Assembly: GCA_034435375.1 (NCBI GenBank)
Contig: DAOTXR010000037.1
Location: 76,280-140,279 of the forward strand
Direction of reading: 5' to 3'
Origin: Anaerolineae bacterium
GTDB lineage: Bacteria > Chloroflexota > Anaerolineae > Aggregatilineales > UBA3940
DNA length: 64,000 nucleotides
The position numbers and the translations under genes were made by a program. Positions 18,968 through 26,677 of the stretch are shown here, piece after piece; within the stretch, counting starts at the first letter, position 1, and each line of letters starts with the position of its first letter. The notes beneath the pieces are model-generated. The model saw only the letters and a list, made by a program, of their open reading frames with translations, ran no database searches and was not told the origin of the DNA.

Positions 18968-21133
18968 ATGAAACAGGTTTTCTTCGACGGCAAGGGAAAA
19001 CTGCTGGTGCAAGACGTACCCGCGCCGAAAGCGCCGTACAACGGTGCACTGGTGCGGGTGTGCACGTCGTTGATTTCCAGCGGCACTGAGATGGCCGCAG
19101 CCTCTGGCGGTGGTAGCTTGATCCGCAAGGCTCTATCGCAGCCACAACTCATCCGGCGGGCTTTTGAGGTGGCTGTGAGCCAGGGCTTGCGCTTCACAGC
19201 CAGGCAGGTGCAGGACATTGCCGGGACATGGTTCCCGGTGGGCTACAGCGCAGCGGGCGTGATCGTCGAGATAGGGCAGGGGCTGGAAGGGTTGCAAATC
19301 GGCGACAGCGTGGCCTGTGCAGGGGCAGGATTCGCCAATCATGCCGAGTACGACGCAGTGCCTCTCAACCTGATGGCCCACATCCCGGAGGGTGTCAGCT
19401 GCCGACAGGCGGCTTTCACGACGGTGGGCGCAATCGCGCTGCAGGGTGTACGGCGTGCTGAAGCGATGTTGGGCGAGACAGTAGTGGTGGTTGGTCTGGG
19501 GCTGATTGGGCAGATTGTGTGCCAGCTCCTTGATGCCGCAGGCTGTGTCGTAATCGGCTCGGACCCCGTCGCAGCACGGCGTGAGCTGGCCGCGCGGCTG
19601 GCAGGCGCGCAAACGATCGATCCCACAGCAGGCGATGCCTCTCGGCAGGTGTTGAAGCTGACTGGCGGGATCGGGGCCGACCGGGTGATCTTATGTGCGG
19701 CTACTCGCAGCAGCCAAGCAACCAATGAAGCGTTTAGGATGTGCCGTGAGCGCGGGCGTGTGGTCATGGTGGGCGCTATGGGGATGGACCTGGAACGCAC
19801 CGATTTTTACAACCGCGAGCTGGACTTTGTGATCTCGCGTTCGACGGGACCGGGCCGTTATGACCGCAACTACGAGGAGCGTGGCATTGACTACCCCATC
19901 GGTTATGTGCGCTGGACGGAGCAGCGCAACATGGGGGCCTTCCTGCGCCTGATTGCTGACGGCAAGCTCGACGTGGACTCACTGATTTCGGCTGAATACC
20001 CAGTTCAGGAGGCGGATCGGGCCTACCAGGCTGTGCAACAGGGTGCGCTGGCTGTGCTGTTGAACTATGGCGAACCTGCTACTGTCGAAGACCCTGCTCG
20101 GCGGCGGGCCGTGACACGGGTGGCTGCGCCCAGAGCCGGGAGGATCGGTGTGGCATTGGTAGGGGCAGGGAACTTTGCTCGGGCAGTGCACCTGCCTAAT
20201 TTGAAGGCCAGCCCCTATTTCGAGGTTCAGGCAGTTGTCAGCGACAGCATCACAGCGGCACAGGCGGCACAGAAGATCGCCGCGCCACTGGCGACGACAG
20301 ACCTGGTGCTGGCGTTGGACCATCCAGGCGTCGAGGCCGTGGTAATCGCTACCCGGCACCATCTGCACGCCCGCCAGGCCATCCTGGCAGCCGAGTCAGG
20401 CAAACATGTGTTGGTCGAGAAACCAATGGCGCTGACCCTTTCTGATTGTCGGGCGATGATCGACGCAGCGCAAAAGGCGGGCGTGTTGCTGACGGTGGAC
20501 TTCAACCGGAGACTGTCCCCAGCCGCCATAGCGCTCAAGCAGGCGCTTGATGAAGTGAGGAGTCCTAAAACAATCGTGTATCGCATCAACGCTGGCCCGT
20601 TGCCAGCATCGCACTGGCTGAACGACCCGGCAGAAGGCGGCGGACGGTTGCTGGGGGAGGGTGTACACTTCATCGATTTCGTCTGCGGGATGCTGAACGC
20701 CGAGCCGCTGGCCGTCAGCGCCCAGGGCAGTTCTGACGGTCAGGACTTCGTACTGACGATGCGTTTCCCTGGCGACTCAGTGGGGGTGGTGATCTACACG
20801 GCTCAAGGCGATCCGACTTTCCCTAAAGAGCGAGTGGAGACCTTCGCCGGGGGTGGAGTGGCTGTGATCGATGATTTCAGGACTTTGACGTTCAGTAAGC
20901 TGCGGGGACGAGCATTCAGGGGCGCGCCAGACAAAGGGCATCGGGCATTGCTCGACAACTTTGGAGCAGCGATCCGCGGCAAGTCCGAGCTGCTCGTTAC
21001 TGGCGCTGACGGTCTACGGGCGACGCGCATCGGGTTGGCAGCGCTGGAGAGCATCCGAACGGGCGCGACGGTTATGCTGGACGGATGGCCTGACAAGGCT
21101 AGCCCACCCCGGCAGGACAGTGACAAAGGATGA
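18968..21133 (+). CDS. Bi-domain oxidoreductase: N-terminal zinc-type alcohol dehydrogenase (MDR) fused to a C-terminal Gfo/Idh/MocA oxidoreductase
   Basis: The N-terminal half is MDR-like, with Rossmann motif VVVVGLGLIGQ. The C-terminal half begins IGVALVGAGNFA with ..VLVEKP.., which is Gfo/Idh/MocA-like. Length is 721 aa. Confidence 0.85.
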   Translation: MKQVFFDGKGKLLVQDVPAPKAPYNGALVRVCTSLISSGTEMAAASGGGSLIRKALSQPQLIRRAFEVAVSQGLRFTARQVQDIAGTWFPVGYSAAGVIVEIGQGLEGLQIGDSVACAGAGFANHAEYDAVPLNLMAHIPEGVSCRQAAFTTVGAIALQGVRRAEAMLGETVVVVGLGLIGQIVCQLLDAAGCVVIGSDPVAARRELAARLAGAQTIDPTAGDASRQVLKLTGGIGADRVILCAATRSSQATNEAFRMCRERGRVVMVGAMGMDLERTDFYNRELDFVISRSTGPGRYDRNYEERGIDYPIGYVRWTEQRNMGAFLRLIADGKLDVDSLISAEYPVQEADRAYQAVQQGALAVLLNYGEPATVEDPARRRAVTRVAAPRAGRIGVALVGAGNFARAVHLPNLKASPYFEVQAVVSDSITAAQAAQKIAAPLATTDLVLALDHPGVEAVVIATRHHLHARQAILAAESGKHVLVEKPMALTLSDCRAMIDAAQKAGVLLTVDFNRRLSPAAIALKQALDEVRSPKTIVYRINAGPLPASHWLNDPAEGGGRLLGEGVHFIDFVCGMLNAEPLAVSAQGSSDGQDFVLTMRFPGDSVGVVIYTAQGDPTFPKERVETFAGGGVAVIDDFRTLTFSKLRGRAFRGAPDKGHRALLDNFGAAIRGKSELLVTGADGLRATRIGLAALESIRTGATVMLDGWPDKASPPRQDSDKG

Positions 21134-22347
21134 TGACATCTCCAGCCGTCCACCGCCCGGCGCCAGTGACTGGCCAGGATTTTGTGATCCTCTCGACGCA
21201 GGATTGGGACTGCCTGCCAACCCGCAAGCAGCGCTTTGCTCGGTGGTGGGCGCAGGCTGGCAACCGTGTGCTGTATGTCGAGCAGCAGATGCACCTGGCC
21301 GGCTGGTTGGCCGAGATTGGCAAGCACTTCAGCCGGGCCTGGCGCTGGCTGGAAGGCCCACGCCAAGTGGAACCTAACCTGTGGGTTTTCACGTTGCCGG
21401 TGGTGTTGCCTTTCTTCCAGATGTCAGGGCTGGTAAACCGACTCAACAACGCCGTTTTGCTGCCGATATTAAGAGCACAGACCCGCAGGCTGGGATTTTG
21501 CAGTCCAGTGTTGTGGACTTACACCCCGCACTCAGCAGATTTTGTGGGGAGGCTGGGTGAAAAGGCTGATGTCTATGAATGTGTGGATGATTTCACCGCT
21601 GCCCAGGGGTTGGTCAACGCGCGCGTGATCGCGCGACTGGAGCGGCAGCTCATCGAAGCAGTGGACCTGCTGATCACTACTCACCCAGCGCTGCACGAGA
21701 CCCGTTCAGCATGGGCTCGACGGGCATTGATGGTGCCCAATGGGGCCGATGCGGACCATTTTGCACGTGCCGCCGACCCCGATCTTCCGGCGGCAGGGGC
21801 TGTGGCCAGTCTTAAGCATCCCATTATCGGATACCTGGGGGCCATCAACTACTGGATCGACACAGCCCTGCTGGCATATATGGCTCGAAAGCATCCCGAC
21901 TGGACAATCGTGCTGGTGGGGCCGCAGGTGCTGCTGGCTGACATGGAACCGCTTAAAGGTTTGCCAAACGTGGTGCTGACTGGGCGTGTGCCCTATGAAG
22001 AAGTGCCATCCTACGTAAAAGCCTTCGATGTGTGCGTCAATCCCTATGTGTTGGATGCGGTCGCCGAGCATTGCAGTCCGCTCAAGCTCTACGAGTATCT
22101 AGCGACTGGCAAGCCAACGGTCTCGGTGGATATGCCTGAGGCACACCGGTTCGAAGGGCTGATCGATATTGCACGCGATGCCGACGAATTTGTACAACTG
22201 GTCGAGATGGCAGTGGAGGCGCTGACGAATGGCAGCGCTGACAACCGCGCAGCGCAGCGCATGGCCGAGGCGCAGCATCACACCTGGCGCAGCCGCTTTC
22301 ACGAGGTCTCGATGGCGCTTGCAGAAGTGTTAGGAACGAAGGCATGA
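21130..22347 (+). CDS. Glycosyltransferase, GT-B fold (GT1/GT4-like)
   Basis: Length is 405 aa. The C-terminal region has FDVCVNPY..SPLKLYEYLATGKPTVS, typical of GT-B nucleotide-sugar binding. ATGA overlap with the upstream gene. Confidence 0.8.
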   Translation: MMTSPAVHRPAPVTGQDFVILSTQDWDCLPTRKQRFARWWAQAGNRVLYVEQQMHLAGWLAEIGKHFSRAWRWLEGPRQVEPNLWVFTLPVVLPFFQMSGLVNRLNNAVLLPILRAQTRRLGFCSPVLWTYTPHSADFVGRLGEKADVYECVDDFTAAQGLVNARVIARLERQLIEAVDLLITTHPALHETRSAWARRALMVPNGADADHFARAADPDLPAAGAVASLKHPIIGYLGAINYWIDTALLAYMARKHPDWTIVLVGPQVLLADMEPLKGLPNVVLTGRVPYEEVPSYVKAFDVCVNPYVLDAVAEHCSPLKLYEYLATGKPTVSVDMPEAHRFEGLIDIARDADEFVQLVEMAVEALTNGSADNRAAQRMAEAQHHTWRSRFHEVSMALAEVLGTKA

Positions 22348-23147
22348 CCGCATCCCGGCGAGCAGTTGCCGTATTTGATGATGAGAACTCCACCGAGCGC
22401 CCTGAGCCACGCCTACTTGTGATCATTCTGGCCTACAATGAGGAGGACAGCCTGGGTAAGGTGCTGCGCAGCGTGCGCAACGCGGTGCCCTTGGCCGACA
22501 TTGTGGTGATCGATGACGGATCAACGGACGCTACGGCGCAGGTTGCCGAGGGATACGGGGCAGCGGTGCTGCGTCTGCCATACAATCTGGGGATTGGCGC
22601 TGCCGAGCAGACCGGGTTCATGTATGCCCGCGATGCCCGTTATGATGTGGTCGTGCGGGTCGACGGCGATGGACAACATGATCCAGATGAAATCCGGGAT
22701 TTGTTGAATGCACTGGAACAGTCTGATGCCGATGTTGTAGTTGGGTCGCGCTATCTGGAAGACCGGGGGTACATCACCCCCTGGCAGCGACGCATAGGGA
22801 TCGTCATCCTGGCATCGATTATCTCGGCCATTATCAGGCAGCGCATCACCGATCCTACCTCGGGTTTCCGTGCGCTGAACCGGCGGGCCATCGACTTCTG
22901 CGCAACCGATTATCCTTTTGATTATCCAGAGCCAGAGTCGCTTGTGACCTTCCGGCGGGCCGGTCTGCGTATCCACGAGATCCCTGTCACTATGAACCCC
23001 CGATACGGCGGCCAGTCTTCGATTACCCCAGTGCGCTCGGCTTACTACATGGTCAAGGTGATCATGGCAGTCTTGATCGGTCTGCTACGTACAAGGCCGC
23101 GCGTAGTAGAGGAGGTGCAAGTTGTCCATCAACATCTCGCGAACTGA
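22344..23147 (+). CDS. GT2 polyprenyl-phosphate glycosyltransferase-like (GtrB/DPM1/ArnC-type)
   Basis: Motifs LVIILAYNEE, VVIDDGSTD, VDGDGQHDP, GSRY and TSGFRA are characteristic of polyprenol-phosphate sugar synthases. ATGA overlap with the upstream gene. Confidence 0.8.
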   Translation: MTASRRAVAVFDDENSTERPEPRLLVIILAYNEEDSLGKVLRSVRNAVPLADIVVIDDGSTDATAQVAEGYGAAVLRLPYNLGIGAAEQTGFMYARDARYDVVVRVDGDGQHDPDEIRDLLNALEQSDADVVVGSRYLEDRGYITPWQRRIGIVILASIISAIIRQRITDPTSGFRALNRRAIDFCATDYPFDYPEPESLVTFRRAGLRIHEIPVTMNPRYGGQSSITPVRSAYYMVKVIMAVLIGLLRTRPRVVEEVQVVHQHLAN

Positions 23148-23520
23148 GCTGCTGATGATCGCTGGCCCGGTGCTGATGTTTGTGATTGTGCTGGAGCTAG
23201 TGCGACGTCGTCATCTGCGTGAGGACTACTCTTTGCTGTGGCTGGGAACATTTGTAGTGCTGGTGATGCTCTCGCTTCTGCGTACTTCGCTGCTCAACGT
23301 TGTAGCCCGTCTGATGGGCATCCAGTACCCACCCACTGCCCTGTTTGTGATCGGCTTTGGGCTGCTGTTGTTGGTGATGCTCCAGTTTTCGATGGTCATC
23401 ACACGGCTGTCACGCCAGAGCCAGCAGGCAGCTCAGCACATTGCGTTGCTGAGCATGCGTGTGCGCGATCTGGAGCGCCAGCTTGAATCACGCAGCAGCA
23501 CAATGACATCGGAGCTGTAG
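23122..23520 (+). CDS. DUF2304-type small membrane protein (usual partner of the preceding GT2)
   Basis: Length is 132 aa. It shows hydrophobic helices, an RRRHLREDYSLLWL motif and a C-terminal coiled-coil-like tail. TTG 23122 is preceded by GAGGAGG at 6-nt spacing and overlaps the GT2 3' end. Confidence 0.75.
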   Translation: MSINISRTELLMIAGPVLMFVIVLELVRRRHLREDYSLLWLGTFVVLVMLSLLRTSLLNVVARLMGIQYPPTALFVIGFGLLLLVMLQFSMVITRLSRQSQQAAQHIALLSMRVRDLERQLESRSSTMTSEL

Positions 23521-23535
23521 ACCGGGTATGGAATC

Positions 23536-24666
23536 ATGCGTGTCGTCCACGTGAGCAAAGTAACCGGCATTGCCGGCTCAGAGGGACATCTCTTGACGCT
23601 GCTACCGGGACTAGCTGGACGCAAAATCGAGGTCTCCATGATGGTGCTCGAAGACCCCCGTCGCCCAGCGAAGTCGTTCTGTCGTGAGATGGCTGCCCGT
23701 GGGGTGCCAGTCGAGTGTGTCCCGATCGAGGGTCACCTGGATGTCAGGCTGTTCAGGCGGTTGGCGGATCGATGGCGGGCGCTCACACCTGACCTGGTGC
23801 ACACGCACCTGCTGCACGCCGACCTCTACGGTCTACCCTCGGCACGCTGGGCTGGTGTGCGATGCGCTGTCTCATCACGCCACAACGACAACCCATTCCG
23901 ACGCAACCCGGTCATCCGCCTGGTCAATCAGTGGGCCATGCGCTACGCTGACCGCGTGATCGCAATCTCTCACGCGCTGGCTGCTTTTGTGAGCGAAGTG
24001 GAGCGCCTTGATCGCGAGCAGGTCGTGACGATCCATTACGGATTCGCTCCACCAGAGTATCCATCCGATGCACGCGAACAGGCGCGTGCTGCTCTAGGTT
24101 ACCGGCCCGACGAACCAGTGATAGGGCTGTTTGGACGGCTGATCCGTCAGAAGGGCGTTGACGTGCTGCTGGAAGCCTTTGCGCATGTTCTAGAACGTGT
24201 CACGGCAGCACGGTTGCTGATTGTAGGCGACGGCGTGCTGCGCACCAGCTTGGAGGCCCAAGCGAGGTCGCTAGGGCTGGCTCAATCTGTCACTTTTGCT
24301 GGATGGATAGAGCAGGCATACCGACTGATGCCTGCTTGCGATATGATAGTCATGCCTTCACGCTGGGAGGGGTTCGGGCTGGTGGCGTTGGAAGCTATGG
24401 GATGCGCTCGCCCAGTCATTGCTAGCCGAGTGAGTGCTCTGCCCGAGATCATCCTTAATGGCGAGACCGGGCTACTCGTCCCGCCGGAAGACTCGAAGAG
24501 CCTGGCCCAAGCCATTTTGAGCCTGCTAAGCGATCCGGACCGCGCCGCAGCGCTGGGACGAGCCGGTCATGAGCGTCTGGTTAGGGAATTCTCGGTTGAA
24601 AAGATGGTGCAGGCCACAGTTGACCTCTACACCCAGGTCCTGCACTCGCCACAGGAGGCAGGCTGA
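23536..24666 (+). CDS. Glycosyltransferase, GT-B fold (GT4)
   Basis: It begins MRVVHVSKVTGIAGSEGHLL. The C-terminal region has SRWEGFGLVALEAMGCARPVIASRVSALPEII..GETG. Confidence 0.88.
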   Translation: MRVVHVSKVTGIAGSEGHLLTLLPGLAGRKIEVSMMVLEDPRRPAKSFCREMAARGVPVECVPIEGHLDVRLFRRLADRWRALTPDLVHTHLLHADLYGLPSARWAGVRCAVSSRHNDNPFRRNPVIRLVNQWAMRYADRVIAISHALAAFVSEVERLDREQVVTIHYGFAPPEYPSDAREQARAALGYRPDEPVIGLFGRLIRQKGVDVLLEAFAHVLERVTAARLLIVGDGVLRTSLEAQARSLGLAQSVTFAGWIEQAYRLMPACDMIVMPSRWEGFGLVALEAMGCARPVIASRVSALPEIILNGETGLLVPPEDSKSLAQAILSLLSDPDRAAALGRAGHERLVREFSVEKMVQATVDLYTQVLHSPQEAG

Positions 24667-24668
24667 GA

Positions 24669-26591
24669 ATGTCGGGCATCTGTGGGCTGCTGGGGCTGAG
24701 AGGACAGCCACCCGATGATACCGTCTTAGCTGCAATGGCAGAAGCCATGCATTACGGGTCGGGTGGTGCACGAACAGCCATCAACGGCCCCTGCGGACTG
24801 GGCTTTGCCTGGCAGGGCCCCCCTGACCTCGGCAGCGCTGTCCAACCCCTACGCGCCTCGCACGCCATGCTCCGTTTGCCTGACGCCGTACACACCGAAG
24901 TGTGGGGAGTCCACAGCGGGCGCATCTACAATTACCTTGAGATTCGAAAGGCGCTGGAGGCCACCGGGCACCGCTTTGCCACTGATACCGACACTGAGAC
25001 CTTGCTGCGTTCATATCTCCAGTTCGGTCCTACCAACTTCATCAAAGCCTTTCGCGGGATGTTTTCGCTGGCCATCTGGGATCTGCAACATCAGCGGCTC
25101 TTACTGCTACGTGATCGTCTGGGGTTGAGACCGCTTTACTATGCGCTGTCTGAGGATTGGCTCGTGTTCGGGTCGGAGATCAGAGCGCTGCTGGCCTGTC
25201 CAGCGGTGCCCAGGCGACTGAATGAAGCCTTCGTCCCGCACTATCTCGCCTATGGTTACCCGCCGTCACCGGAGACTCTCTTCGAGGGCATCCGGGCTGT
25301 GCCGCCGGGTTATATGCTCACCGTCGAATTGGGCGGGACCCGCCCAACCTTCCAGCTCGATGCTTATTGGTATCCGCCGTATCCATTCAGCGGACCTGAT
25401 CCGCGTGGTGAGGACAATATCTGCAATGACCTCCTGGCTCACCTGCGTTGGGCTGTCCGTTTGCGCATGGACAAAGACAAACCAATGGGCGCATTTCTGT
25501 CCGGCGGACTTGACTCAGCAGCAGTGGTGGCGTTGATGGCTCAGGAGAGTAGTCGGACGATCCAGACGTTTTCCTTTGGGTTCGAAGGTCGTTACTCGTT
25601 TGAAGACACACGCTATGCACGGCAGATCGCCGCACGCTTTGTGACCGATCACCACGAGTTGGTGATCGAACCGGAACTGGAGACTTTGCTGAGTGAGCTG
25701 ATCCTGGCCTATGACCAGCCGTTTGGCAACGCGGCGGCCATCCCCGTCTACTTGATCAGCCGGGAGGCCCGTCAGCACGTTCCTGTGGTGCTGACCGGCG
25801 ACGGCGGCGACGAGCTGTTCGCAGGATATCCCCACTTCCGCACCGCGCGGCTGGCGCGCAGCTACAACCAGCTTCCGGACGTGGCGCAGCGTGCCGTTGA
25901 AGGACTGCTCGATCGGCTGCCCGAGGCGGTGGCCTTTGGAGGGTTTATGCAGCAGGCCAATCACATCGTGCGGGCAGCCCACCTGCCGCTAGCCGAGCGC
26001 TACTTGAGCTGGGTGCGCTGCGTGCCGGATGTGTGGCTGACAGCCCTGATGGGTGGACAGCGTGAGCAGGCCGTGCAAGAACATTACCGGTCGCTGTTTA
26101 CAGTGCCCCAGGGCGGTGAGGAGCCTGATGTCATTGCCCAATTGCTAGACGTAAACCTGCGTACCTACCTGCCCGGCGACCTGCTGACCCGGCTGGATCG
26201 CTGCGGCGCGGCTGCCGCGCTTGAGGTTCGGCTCCCATTTCTGGATCACCAGTTCCTGCATTTCGTGGCGACTATCCCGTCGAGCCTCAAGCTGCGGAGG
26301 GGCACACCTAAGTATGTCCTCAGGCAGGCCTTGCGAGGCGTTTTGCCCGATGCAGTGATCGACCGCAAGCAGCGCAGCCCGGAGGTTCCAGTGGACGAGT
26401 GGTTCCGGGGCCAGCTCATGGGCTACGCACGGTCGGTTCTGCTGGGCAAACAGGCCGCACAGCGCGGTTTATTCGATATGGAAGCAGTACGCGCCATGCT
26501 TGATGCCCATCTCGCCGAGCAGGCCGACCTGGGTTATGCGCTGTGGGCGTTGCTGACCTTCGAGTTGTGGATGCAACTTTACCTCGATTGA
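24669..26591 (+). CDS. Asparagine synthase-like amidotransferase paralog with a divergent N-terminal glutaminase domain
   Basis: The synthetase PP-loop is intact (FLSGGLDSAA). The N terminus reads MSGICG, so Cys is not at position 2. The canonical HRGPD, RLxIxD and NGE(I/V)YN motifs are replaced by HYGSGG, GFAWQG and SGRIYN. Confidence 0.85.
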   Translation: MSGICGLLGLRGQPPDDTVLAAMAEAMHYGSGGARTAINGPCGLGFAWQGPPDLGSAVQPLRASHAMLRLPDAVHTEVWGVHSGRIYNYLEIRKALEATGHRFATDTDTETLLRSYLQFGPTNFIKAFRGMFSLAIWDLQHQRLLLLRDRLGLRPLYYALSEDWLVFGSEIRALLACPAVPRRLNEAFVPHYLAYGYPPSPETLFEGIRAVPPGYMLTVELGGTRPTFQLDAYWYPPYPFSGPDPRGEDNICNDLLAHLRWAVRLRMDKDKPMGAFLSGGLDSAAVVALMAQESSRTIQTFSFGFEGRYSFEDTRYARQIAARFVTDHHELVIEPELETLLSELILAYDQPFGNAAAIPVYLISREARQHVPVVLTGDGGDELFAGYPHFRTARLARSYNQLPDVAQRAVEGLLDRLPEAVAFGGFMQQANHIVRAAHLPLAERYLSWVRCVPDVWLTALMGGQREQAVQEHYRSLFTVPQGGEEPDVIAQLLDVNLRTYLPGDLLTRLDRCGAAAALEVRLPFLDHQFLHFVATIPSSLKLRRGTPKYVLRQALRGVLPDAVIDRKQRSPEVPVDEWFRGQLMGYARSVLLGKQAAQRGLFDMEAVRAMLDAHLAEQADLGYALWALLTFELWMQLYLD

Positions 26592-26677
26592 CCACACAAC
26601 CTGCTGGAACTTCATAGTCCTGTTGGGCGTCTCTTCAATAAGATGTGGATTTCCAGTTTGAAGGGAGGAAAATCGCT

